Shown in pieces: positions 27,020-42,639 of a DNA stretch of 64,000 nucleotides (position 1 is the first letter of the stretch; the number at the start of each line of letters is the position of its first letter). The DNA lies in assembly GCA_951406725.2 (NCBI GenBank), contig OX597821.1:79360001-79424000 (forward strand), written 5' to 3'. The notes beneath the pieces are model-generated. The model worked only from the letters and a program-made list of their open reading frames with translations, was not told where the DNA came from and did no database searches. Both the position numbers and the translations under genes were made by a program. The stretch is from Octopus vulgaris. Lineage: Eukaryota.

Positions 27020-27418
27020 GTTGTTGTTGGCATCCTTTTTGTCTCGGGAGACAATGGAGTTGCGCATGAAATAATCTAGTCCGACTTTAACATTTCATGT
27101 CATGATACATGTCCTGCTGTGGCTGTGTAGTCCTATCCTGGACAAACACTCCCTCTGGCAGGTACCGTAAATGTAGCGAAGACTGTTCCTGGCTGGTTGT
27201 AATGTCATAGTTTCTTGTTGACGTCTTTTCTTGTCTTTCCATTTCTCCTCTCTCTCTCTGTTACTCCTTTGTATTCCCTCTTTTACGGTACGTCACCAAT
27301 CTACACGGTTGCTGGCAATTGCTTCCCAACCGCTAATATTGATGTTGCAGGCCTTCATGTCCCTTTTGCAAACATCCTTGTAACGTAAGAACGGTCTACC
27401 CACAGACCTAGTACCCCT
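27020..27418 (-). mobile_element. RTE LINE 3' end
   Basis: [22 protein letters not shown]; (CAA)n/(CATA)n tail. Confidence 0.75.
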
Positions 27419-27457
27419 ATGTATGTATGTATGCATGCATGTATGTATGTATGTATG

Positions 27458-27523
<66 letters not shown>

Positions 27524-28024
27524 CATACATATAATACATATGTCTATGTACACATATACAAACACAGAAATATACGTATGCATGTATGTATGTGTATGTA
27601 TATATATACATATGTGTGTGTGTGTGTGTGTGTGTGCGTGCGTATTTATAATTAAAACAAAACAAAAAAAACTTTGTCCGCTGCATTTTGATTGGCCGAA
27701 AACAACTGTTGACGTCATCACATCCTATCATTGAAACAAAAATAGCAACGTCACCAGGGTCACCAGACTCTCACAGAGTCAGGTAAACAGCCACACATGA
27801 GAACTGTCATTTCCTTATTCACACACTTATCAAAATGAGTGTTCCTTCATAAAACATACATACATACATATATACATACTTACATACATACATACATACA
27901 TACATATATGCATACATATATATGTACATGCATACATACATACATATATGCATACATATATACATACATTTATATGTACATACATATATGCATACATATA
28001 TACATGTATACATACATACTTACA

Positions 28025-31096
<3,072 letters not shown>

Positions 31097-31104
31097 AATA
31101 CATA

Positions 31105-31175
<71 letters not shown>

Positions 31176-31451
31176 TTATTTATGTTGTAATCTTTTGTGC
31201 CCAATATTTTAAGGAACTTGTTAAACTTTTTTATGTCCTTAACATGTCCTTGTTACCAAAGACTGTATATATGTACTGTAGCAATTTGTAACAACCAATA
31301 ATTAATGCAACCAAACTTCTACATGTTACTTTTGACAATCTTTTTCCAAACAGTGAAACTGGTAAAGTTAATAAACATCTTTTAAAATTGCATTTTCAAA
31401 CCTTCTTTCGTATATAATTCCACTCGTGCGGTACCCTACAACTCCACTTTG

Positions 31452-31559
<108 letters not shown>

Positions 31560-31562
31560 GTG

Positions 31563-32692
<1,130 letters not shown>

Positions 32693-32829
32693 ATTTTGTA
32701 GCGAAATGAAATAACGGTCTTTTGGCTGCTATTTCTAAATTTTCGGTATATGGTGAAGCAACTTGTTGCTAAACCCGCTGCTCTAACCACTGGGCCATTG
32801 CGCCTCCACACACACATACTCACACACAC

Positions 32830-32904
<75 letters not shown>

Positions 32905-32964
32905 CACATACATACATGCATACGTATATTTCTGTGTTTGTATATGTGTACATAGACATATGTA

Positions 32965-33015
<51 letters not shown>

Positions 33016-33436
33016 CATACATACATACATGCATACATACATAGGGGTACGAGGTCTGTGGGTAGACCGTTCTTACGTTACAAGGATGTTTGCAAAAGGG
33101 ACATGAACATACATACATACATAACCGTTCTTACGTTACAAGGATGTTTGCAAAAGGGACATGAACATACATACATACATACATACATACATACATACAT
33201 ACACACATACATACATGCATACATGCATAAATACATTTATACATATACGTTTGTATATGTATGAATTTATGCTTTTTCAAAAAGAACGCACCCACCCATA
33301 CTTATGTGAAAATTCACTAAAATTCCTGTTTGTCTGGTTGTTTAAATGGCGGTGATGCTGAATTATGTAAGACAATGCGTCTCGGTGGCTTTTATTTAAT
33401 CGTTACGGATCTGATGACATCAACAATTGTTTTCGT

Positions 33437-33478
33437 CCAATCAAAATGCAGCCGGAAAGTGTGACGGTTTCTTATAAA
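33437..33478 (+). promoter_or_regulatory. Candidate CCAAT + TATA promoter of gene B
   Basis: CCAAT at 33437-33441 and TATAAA at 33473-33478, about 240 bp upstream of the ATG. Confidence 0.5.
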
Positions 33479-33715
33479 TGCGAGAGTCTTCGTGGAGATA
33501 TGAGAGAACCGGGCTGATTGTGCAACGAGATTCTGGTGCTGCTACTCCCGCTTTCGCTGCTGAAGACTACTTTGGGTTGCAGGAACGATCAAAAGACAAG
33601 ACGAATCCAACACTTAAACATCCTGTGTTAATCAAACCTATTCCTTCTGATATTAGAAGCGGTTCGTGTGTCGAGAAGCGAGAGGAACACTGAAGAGAAA
33701 AGAAATATAACAGCC

Positions 33716-34284
33716 ATGAAGAGTCTCGTCCTTTTCTTATTTCTTTTCGTTGTTGGTCTTTGGGTGACTGAAGGACAGCAGTCGACTCAAGGACCGTCGG
33801 TGGCTACAGGACTGCCAGGGACTAGGGAAGGAGGGGAAGAACAAGAGAGTGCACCACTACCAGATGATGAAGAAGATTTAGGGAGTGATAAAGACCTAGG
33901 GGACGGCGAGTCGCCAGGGAATGATGACGAGTCAGAGGATGAAGGTGAGTCGGAGGATGAAGGCGAGTCAGAGGATGAAGGCGAGCCAGAGGATGAAGAA
34001 GAGTCAGACGATGAAGCGTTATCGGCTGATGAGGAGTCAGAGGATGACGATCAGGGAGGGGATGGTGACGAGTCAGACGATGACGACGAGGGAGGAGATG
34101 AATACGAATCAGGGGACCCGGACGAGTCAGGGAATGAAGACGCTTCAGAGGTAGTTGATGCAATTGATGAAGAATCTGACAGTGAAGTTGACCCGGTGGC
34201 TGGAGTTCCGCCGTTTCATAACGAAACAGTTGATTCTGGTAACTCGACGACAGAAGGAGAAAGTCTTGCTGTATTCACGACTCG
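33716..34284 (+). CDS. Gene B exon 1: signal peptide + D/E-rich acidic region (inverted near-identical copy of gene A exon 1)
   Basis: CAGCCATG; same 569-nt coding length; ends ACTCG|GTAAGT (phase 2); only 5 of 189 residues differ from gene A, all near the 3' end. Confidence 0.85.
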
Positions 34285-34339
34285 GTAAGTCATTGTTTTA
34301 TTTCACCCGACTGAACATCAACACTTTACCTCTTTGTTT

Positions 34340-34665
34340 CCTCTTGGTTACCTCTTGGTTACCTTTTGGTTACCTCTTGGGTACCTCGCGGTTACCTCTT
34401 GGCTACCTCTTGGTAATCCTTGGGTACCTTTTGGTTACCTCTTGCTATCTCTTGGTTACCTCTTGGGTACCTCTTTATTACCTCTTGGTTACCTCTTGGC
34501 TACTACTTGGTTACCTCTTGGGTACCTCTTGGCTACCTCTTTGTTACCTCTTGGGTACCTCTTGGTTATTTCTTGGGTACCTCTTGGGTATCTCTTTGTT
34601 ACCTCTTGGTTACCTCTTGGTTACTTCTAGGGTACCTCTTGGTTACTTCTTGGGTACCTCTTGTG
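34340..34665. repeat. 11-bp minisatellite (GGTTACCTCTT)n in gene B intron 1
   Basis: About 29 degenerate units, directly visible. Confidence 0.9.
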
Positions 34666-34955
34666 GTGTCTATCTTGTTATTCAACATTAAAATCCAGTT
34701 TATGGTCTGAAGATATTTTACGAAATGGTGGGTCAAAGCCCTACCTTTCTACAGGGCCTCTGATGATGTTGTAAAGAGAGACGACTGAAGGGACGTGTCT
34801 CTACTGAGCAGAAGGGAAGGTGACTGAATTAGCCGGCGTCTATATTATGTCTACCTGTCTTTACTAAGCCCAGTGCCTCGTTCGTAATTGCTCCACCTCA
34901 CTCTCTATTTGTATTATATCGAAATTAACTATGATTTAATTTTTCCTCTTACACC

Positions 34956-35007
34956 GTCTCCGATGAAGGGATATAATTAATAAATATCCTGGAAACAGCT
35001 GTAAGAC
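34956..35007 (+). ncRNA. Hammerhead-like motif with variant core CCGATGA; second copy at 35559-35610
   Basis: Stem I GTCT/AGAC; stem II GGATAT...ATATCC; GAAAC AGCT GTA. Confidence 0.55.
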
Positions 35008-35134
35008 CTATCTATAAATGCTCTAATATCTACACAGCCTTGGTTTTTATCTTCTTGCGTAAAAAATTCTTATATATATATATATATTTATATATATATG
35101 TATACACACTTATTATATACATACATACATACAT

Positions 35135-35500
35135 GATGGTTGCCCCCTCGTTATCGAGTATGGCCATTGCACGAAGCTTAACTGTTATTGGAGCTGTGAT
35201 CGAACGTAACTTTTTAGCCCAGCTAAAGATCGACAATATCTTGTACAAAATCGGCAACTAAACCCTTTACTGGTAATAGTCGGCTGTAGTTGTAACTGGG
35301 CTTCATGTACCTTTGCATGTCGTTTAAGTCCTCCTGCCGAATTACACTCTCTTCTACATGCCCGACAGATATGATTAGTATGGTGTGTTACACCACCACC
35401 AGTGGCCAGGTTGTCACTCATCTGTCTCGTTTTATGACTACGAAGATGATTCATGAGTCCAGCTTTACTGAGGCAGGGTCTTGCACAGACATTGCATACA
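35135..35500 (-). mobile_element. RTE LINE 3' end with C2H2 fingers
   Basis: CNVCARPCLSKAGLMNHLRSH, CRACRRECNSAGGLKRH; (TATG)n flanks. Confidence 0.7.
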
Positions 35501-36006
35501 TACATACACACATACATACATATCTAAACTAATTATGACTTAACTTTCCTCTCACACCGTCTCCGATGAAGGGATATTATTAATAAATATCCTGAAAACA
35601 GCTGTAAGACCTTCTATCTATAAATGCTCAAATATCTATACAGCCTTGGTTTTTTATCTCATTACGCAAAAAAATCATATATACAAATGTAAATCTATAG
35701 TTTCTATATTAGAGCCGTATGTTTTGCATTAATTCTTCATATTAGTTCCCTAATACAAGATAATATATTTACGTCCAGCCGGACAGATGATCTCTACAAA
35801 AGTGAATGGCTTTTGTTTCCTGTCCCTTGAAAAAATATCCGGCCTGTTACGTTTAATCCGGATTGCTCTCTCTATGAGAGTGTTCCAGAGATGTTTTGGG
35901 TACGTTCCGGTTCTGGTATGCAATTCGTATGCGAATCAGACCAGTCTTTGCAACGTACGACATTATTGTTGATTTTAGAAGACTACCATACCTATTTGTC
36001 TATCTT

Positions 36007-36057
<51 letters not shown>

Positions 36058-36093
36058 CCAGCTCTCTCATTCTCTCTATATATATCTCTCTCC

Positions 36094-36147
<54 letters not shown>

Positions 36148-36150
<3 letters not shown>

Positions 36151-36294
36151 GCAGTAGCTTGCTAACCAACCACATGGTTACAGGTTCAGTCCCACTGCGT
36201 GGCATCTTGGGCAAGTGTCTTCTGCTATAGCCCCGGGCCAACCAATGCCTTGCGAGTGGATTTGGTAGACGGAAACTGAAAGAAGCCTGTCGTA

Positions 36295-36357
<63 letters not shown>

Positions 36358-36572
36358 TGTGTGTTTGTGTGTCTGTGCTTGTCCCCCTAGCATTGCTTGA
36401 CAACCGATGCTGGTGTGTTTACGTCTCCGTCACTTAGCGATTCGGCAAAAGAGACCGATAGAATAAGTATTGGGCTTACAAAGAATAAGTCCCGGGGTCG
36501 ATTTGCTCGACTAAAGGCGGTGCTCCAGCATGGCCGAAGTCAAATGACTGAAACAAGTAAAAGAGTAAAAGA
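36148..36572 (+). mobile_element. OK-like SINE
   Basis: Same sequence family as 24415-25000. Confidence 0.8.
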
Positions 36573-36780
36573 GTATATTTATATTTATCAATTTAATTGT
36601 TTATTTATCTATCTCTTTCTCTTACACACATAAAAATAACCACACACATATACCGACACACACACAAACATTTATATTTAGATATCAATAAGTATTTGCA
36701 TATATATTTACATATATAAAAATATAAACATAATCTTTTGTGTGTGTATATATATATATATAAATATAAACATCATCTTT

Positions 36781-36812
<32 letters not shown>

Positions 36813-36995
36813 CATACATATACATATATATAAATATAAACATAATCTTTTTTGTGTGTATATATATACGTATAAACATAGAAAAAGATATATATAATTA
36901 TATAAATGTATATATATATATTGGTATCTATATATGTATATTTATGTATGTATGTTTAAATGATTAAAAGTATATCCTGCTTATATATTTTTCAG

Positions 36996-37094
36996 ACGAA
37001 CCTGTCGAAGGCCGTGTTATGTAAAAGTTGCCGCTAGAAAATCAAGGATAGCGATATGCAGTAAAAAACCGCGCAAAACGTGTACAAAATTCAG
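36996..37094 (+). CDS. Gene B exon 2 (99 nt): (R)RTCRRPCYVKVAARKSRIAICSKKPRKTCTKF
   Basis: tttttcag acceptor, AG|GTGAGT donor, phase 2-2; a unique island among microsatellites. Confidence 0.8.
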
Positions 37095-37284
37095 GTGAGT
37101 ACGAAACCACACTTACCTGTTCTATATCTTAGCATACAAAATAATCGTTCCAATTACAAACACTTAAAACCTTTGTTTGTTACATTTTGTTACCATCAAA
37201 TTTGTGTGTGTGTATGTGTGTGTGATGTATGTATGTATGTTTGTACGCTTAGTCTATCTTTTATTTTCTCATATACCATTACGA

Positions 37285-37337
<53 letters not shown>

Positions 37338-37353
37338 CATAAACATAATCATT

Positions 37354-37416
<63 letters not shown>

Positions 37417-37619
37417 AAGCATTGTGAGTTGATTCGGTTGGCGGGAACTGAAAGAAAAAAATAGTGAAAGTCATAAACCAATACATAGAAATAAAATTAA
37501 TTAAAAAAATATATAATATATAAAATTCAAAATTTAAATTATTTAAATTTAAAGTTAAAATTTAGAAAATTATTTAAATTAATAATTTATACATATATAT
37601 ATTTATTATTATTATTTTT

Positions 37620-40344
37620 TTTTTTTTCTTCTTTCAAATTTGCTTCCATTTCTTGCCGAGTGTCTTCCCTGACTCCTAGGGCAAAGAAACTCATAGTATA
37701 CATTGGTAGGCCATTAAACCAAACTCAGTAGTTCGTTCATTTTTTTTTTTTAAAGTTCAATTAAAATACATGAGCAGCAACAGTTCTCACATCGACAATG
37801 CTCTTCTCAATAAGTGTGATGTACCAGTTAAGACAATCTTTTGCACTTCTTGCAGGGATGGTAAGCCAGGGATCATTCTCATATAATTTTCGGTTCCCTT
37901 CTTGATCATTCCTAGTGCTCCTACGATCACTGGTATTGTAACCGCCTTGAGATGCCACATTTTCTCAATTTCAATGAGTAGGTCTTTATATTTTCTGAGC
38001 TTGTCAAACTCTTTCGCTGAGATATTATGATCACAGGGGATGCTCATGTCGATCAATAAGCAAACTTTATTGTTTTGGTCTTTCACAACAATATCTTGTT
38101 TATTGGCCTTGATGGTTCGGTCTGTATGTACTGGAAAGTCCCACAGAATGGTTACATTTTCTCCTTCAGTTACAGCCTCAGGGTGGTGATTATACCACTT
38201 GTCGGCAGTTTTGATATTGTAATGCCGACTTATTAGCCAGTGGAGATATTGGCCAACTCTGTCATGTCTTAATTTATACTCCACTGGTGCTAAGACTTTA
38301 CATCCAGAGATTAGGTGGTCCACTGTTCCAATCATGTCGTTGCAGAATCGGCATTTTGGGTCTGCTCCATTTTTCATAACATTGGCCTGGTAGTTCCGGG
38401 TTAATAGGCTTTGATCTTGAGCAGCCAGGATGAAACCTTTGCTCTCTGCTTTTAGCCCTGAGCTCCGTAGCCACTGATGGGTTTGCTTCTGGTCAACATC
38501 AGCTTGTTTGCTGCGGGTCACATATTTGCCGTGCAGAGGTTTCTCCTCCCACCTATCAGCCAATTGCTCGTGCGCTTTTTTCATTGCCATCATATTCACC
38601 TTCTTTGCAACAATAGTTGCCGTACTTCCCTCGGGTTGTTCAGTTTGGGTATCCTGCACGAGATCAATAGCAAATTTTTTGCTTTCCTTTATGATAGAAT
38701 GAAGCTTCTTTCGTCTCTCGTGATTTTCCACGAGCTTTAGCATCCAGTCATTCGATATTTCGAGATATTTGGCCAGTCCAATTGTGGTTGTTTTGTAAGC
38801 TAGTTCAAATTGGATCAGGCATCGACCTCCTTGGGCTCTGGGAAGGTAAAGGCGATCTACGCCTGCCTTTGGGTGGTGCATCCTATTACAACTCAGCAGC
38901 TTACGTATTTTCCTATCTATATTCTTTACTTCACTCATATTCCAGTTCAACACATTGTAGCTATAAGTAACAACTGGAACTGCTAAGGAATTTATAGCTA
39001 ACACCTTGTTACGTGCATTTAGTTCAGATTTCAGGACTGCACGAACTCTCCTATAACATTCCTTCCTGATTTTCTCTTTCATGCTTGCATGCTGAATACC
39101 AGAGCCTTCATTTATCCCTAAATATTTATATGTTTGTTCTTGCTCAAGCTCTCTTATGACTGTGTCAACATCTAACACGACTGAATTTGTGGTCTTCACT
39201 TTCCCTTTCTGGAAAGTGGCCTTGGCGCACTTCTCAAGTCCAAACTCCATCCCGATGTCATCGCTGAATGCTTTCACGGTGCGCAATAGGCCTTCAAGTT
39301 CATTATTGTCTTTACCATAAAGTTTTAAGTCATCCATATAAAATAGATGGCTTATTTTTTTATTGACAATTTTATACCCATACCCTGTTCTGTTTAATTC
39401 ACTTGTAAGGGGTATTAGGGCTATGCAGAATATTAAAGGTGAAAGTGAGTCACCTTGAAAAATTCCACAGTTGATGTTTATATTTTCTGAGGCAAGTACT
39501 CCATTAGAGTGGTATAATTGGAGATTCGTATTCCACAACGACATATTGTGCTTCAGGAAGTTTGAAATCACAGGGGAAATTTTGAAGATGTCCAGCGATC
39601 TCAAGATCCATGGATGCGGTATACTGTCGAAGGCCTTTTTATAGTCAATCCATGCGGTGCTGAGATTTCTGCGCTTGTTGTGACAGTTCTCAAGGATCAT
39701 ACGATTGATTAGCAGTTGATCTTTGCATCCGTAAGAGCCTCGGCGGCACCCTTTTTGTTCAATGGGGAACATATCGTTCTTCTCCATGAATGCATATGTT
39801 TTCTCCGCCAGGATAGATGTTAGGATTTTATACGTGGTGGATAGACAGGTTATAGGCCGATAGTTTTTTGGAAGGTTGGTTTCGTTATTCTTTGGGAGTA
39901 GGTAAGTAATGCCACTTGCTAACCATTCAGGTGTTTTCTTTGGGTCTCTCATAATTCCATTGAGCAGCTGAACTAGCTTACCGTGTGCGCATGGGAGCGA
40001 TGCGAGCCAGAAATTCGGCACCCTATCTTTACCGGGGGATTTCCAATTATGGGACTTCGTGAGTGCCTTTCTTAGGTCTGCTATTGTGATGTCTTCCCAT
40101 GCTTGTTGTTGTAAATTTTGGTAGGATCCTTCAGTTTGTATAATCCAGTCTGCATTTATGTTGTACGTCTTCTTGTCACTCCAAATCCTTTTCCAAAAGT
40201 TTTGAACTTCTTCCATGGGAGGGGGGTCTTTAACGGTTACTTTCTCCTTCCCTATTTCTCTGTAGAATTTTTTGGCATTGGATGTGAACAGCTTATTTTG
40301 CTTGTAAAACTTGTTTCTCTTCTCAAATCTTCGTATTCGTATTC

Positions 40345-40345
<1 letters not shown>
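37620..40345 (-). mobile_element. R4/Dong-like non-LTR retrotransposon family C, 5'-truncated
   Basis: (TAA)n at both ends; contains the 809-aa ORF. Confidence 0.92.
37787..40216 (-). CDS. Reverse transcriptase + CCHC + restriction-like endonuclease ORF (809 aa, uninterrupted)
   Basis: NYRPITCL, WIDYKKAFDS, GIFQGDSLSP, YMDDLKLY, CRFC..HLISGC, RHD, QDIVV..D..K. Confidence 0.9.
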   Translation of the reverse strand: MEEVQNFWKRIWSDKKTYNINADWIIQTEGSYQNLQQQAWEDITIADLRKALTKSHNWKSPGKDRVPNFWLASLPCAHGKLVQLLNGIMRDPKKTPEWLASGITYLLPKNNETNLPKNYRPITCLSTTYKILTSILAEKTYAFMEKNDMFPIEQKGCRRGSYGCKDQLLINRMILENCHNKRRNLSTAWIDYKKAFDSIPHPWILRSLDIFKISPVISNFLKHNMSLWNTNLQLYHSNGVLASENININCGIFQGDSLSPLIFCIALIPLTSELNRTGYGYKIVNKKISHLFYMDDLKLYGKDNNELEGLLRTVKAFSDDIGMEFGLEKCAKATFQKGKVKTTNSVVLDVDTVIRELEQEQTYKYLGINEGSGIQHASMKEKIRKECYRRVRAVLKSELNARNKVLAINSLAVPVVTYSYNVLNWNMSEVKNIDRKIRKLLSCNRMHHPKAGVDRLYLPRAQGGRCLIQFELAYKTTTIGLAKYLEISNDWMLKLVENHERRKKLHSIIKESKKFAIDLVQDTQTEQPEGSTATIVAKKVNMMAMKKAHEQLADRWEEKPLHGKYVTRSKQADVDQKQTHQWLRSSGLKAESKGFILAAQDQSLLTRNYQANVMKNGADPKCRFCNDMIGTVDHLISGCKVLAPVEYKLRHDRVGQYLHWLISRHYNIKTADKWYNHHPEAVTEGENVTILWDFPVHTDRTIKANKQDIVVKDQNNKVCLLIDMSIPCDHNISAKEFDKLRKYKDLLIEIEKMWHLKAVTIPVIVGALGMIKKGTENYMRMIPGLPSLQEVQKIVLTGTSHLLRRALSM

Positions 40346-40423
<78 letters not shown>

Positions 40424-41676
40424 AACCTCGCAAAGCTAAGTATATATTTATATTTAAGATTTTTAAATTTCAAAATTTAAATACTTTATAAGTTTTATGG
40501 TATAATATTTTTTATATAAATATTGATGGTTATGTAATGATCTAATTATCGTAATTTTTTTAATATAATGATTAGATATTAACTTTACGTTTATTCGTAA
40601 GACTTTACTTAGCCAAAGAAATATATAGTTCTTTAACAGTTATACGAGTTTTTTAAAGTTAGTTTTCATGTATATACATGTATTGATAGCATAAATTTTA
40701 GTCATAAATAACTATATTTGTTGATAGTTATTTTAAATTTCTTATAATTGTTATTATAACTTATATATTGTTTTTTTTTAAATCGATAATTAGTAGTAAT
40801 ATTCTTCCCATTGATAAATATATTTGTAGTATTTATTTGATACTATATAACTACGGATTGATTATTTCATTAATTATTTTATTATTTTATTTTAACTATA
40901 CGATTTTTGAAAGTTATTAGTTAGCCAAAGAGATATATAGTACGTTAATTTGTTATAGCGTTCGTTTAAGATTGTTTGTTTGTTTTTTTTTACAATTAGC
41001 TATTTCATCTTTAATCTTTTAATCTTTTAATATTTTTATAAGTAAATAATTAGTTTATTAGGTCTTTATTATACGTGCATATATATTTATTGATAGAGAT
41101 AATTTTAGATCTTAATTCTAATATTTGTATACATATATATATTTTCATTGATAATTTATTTATTATTCAAATATTATATAATTATTTGACTTGAAATCAT
41201 ATTTAATAATATGAATAGTAATTTTTTTTTTTTGTAAAATATGTATGTAATTAGATATTGACTATAACTGATATTAGATTATTTATGGGTTTCTTACCTT
41301 AAAAATTAATACTTAAAAATTTATATTTCACATTATAATCGATTGCATGACATAATCATAATCGTTAAGTTTCTAGTTTGATAATAGAGTTTTTTATTAG
41401 AAAAATTATTATTTTATTTATTTCTTAAAAAATATTGTTTAAATATTTCTGATTATTTATTTAAATATTATAATTAAGCTGAAGATTGACTATAACCATA
41501 ATTCGAATTATTAATTGAATTCAAATTATTGTTATTCGAATTACGTTATGGGCCTGAAACGATCGTAGTGGTTTTACTATTTATCTTATATTAAACTTTT
41601 AATAATTTTTGATAGTTATATATATTTAAAATAAAATAAATGAATAAATAAATAAAAATATAATAATAATAATAGA

Positions 41677-41734
<58 letters not shown>

Positions 41735-41974
41735 TTATAAGTATAAATTATTAATTTAAATAATTTTTTAACTTTAAATTTAAATAATTTAAATTTTCAA
41801 TTTTATATTTTATATATTTTTAAAATTAATTTTATTTCTATGTATTGGTTTATGATTTTCACTGTTTGATTTGCCTAATAGTGGTTTTATCTCTAATTTA
41901 ATATATATATTTATACTATAAAATTAGATTTAATCCTAAATCTAATTTTTCCCTGTAAGTTTGGATTTACTCCC

Positions 41975-42032
<58 letters not shown>

Positions 42033-42393
42033 CATATATATATATATGTATGTATGTATGTATGTATATCTTTATATATGTATGTATGTATGTGTGTATA
42101 GTTAGATATGTTTCTTTATTAGCCACACAGGGCTGCACACAGATAGAACAAATTACAAGGTAGAGCTTTTCTTTTGAAGGTTTAAAAAAAAAATTTAAAA
42201 AAAAGGAAGGGGGAGTTTCGATCAAAAGGGATCGTAAAAGGAGAGAAAGAGGACAAAAAAAGGGGGTTAAAAAAAGGGGGAGAGGAAAAAAAATTGATCA
42301 ATAGGGATCGTTATCACAGAAATGTCAATATGAAGTGTAAAGGGGAGGACAGGTGAGGTTTACCCGTGGAAAGAAAAGCCTACGGTGTATAGT

Positions 42394-42475
<82 letters not shown>

Positions 42476-42639
42476 TGTTTGTGTTTGTCCCACCATCGTT
42501 GCTTGATAACCGATGCTGAAGTGTCTACGTCTCAGTCACTTAGCGATAGAATAAGTACTAGGCTTACAAAGAATAAGTCCTGGGGTCGATTTGCTCGACT
42601 AAAGGTGGCGCTACAGCGTGGCCGCAGTCAAATGACTAA

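Noticed and set aside
34155-34710. Hydrophobic LGYLLVTSW-repeat ORFs
   Set aside because: Translation of an 11-bp intronic minisatellite that is open in all three frames.
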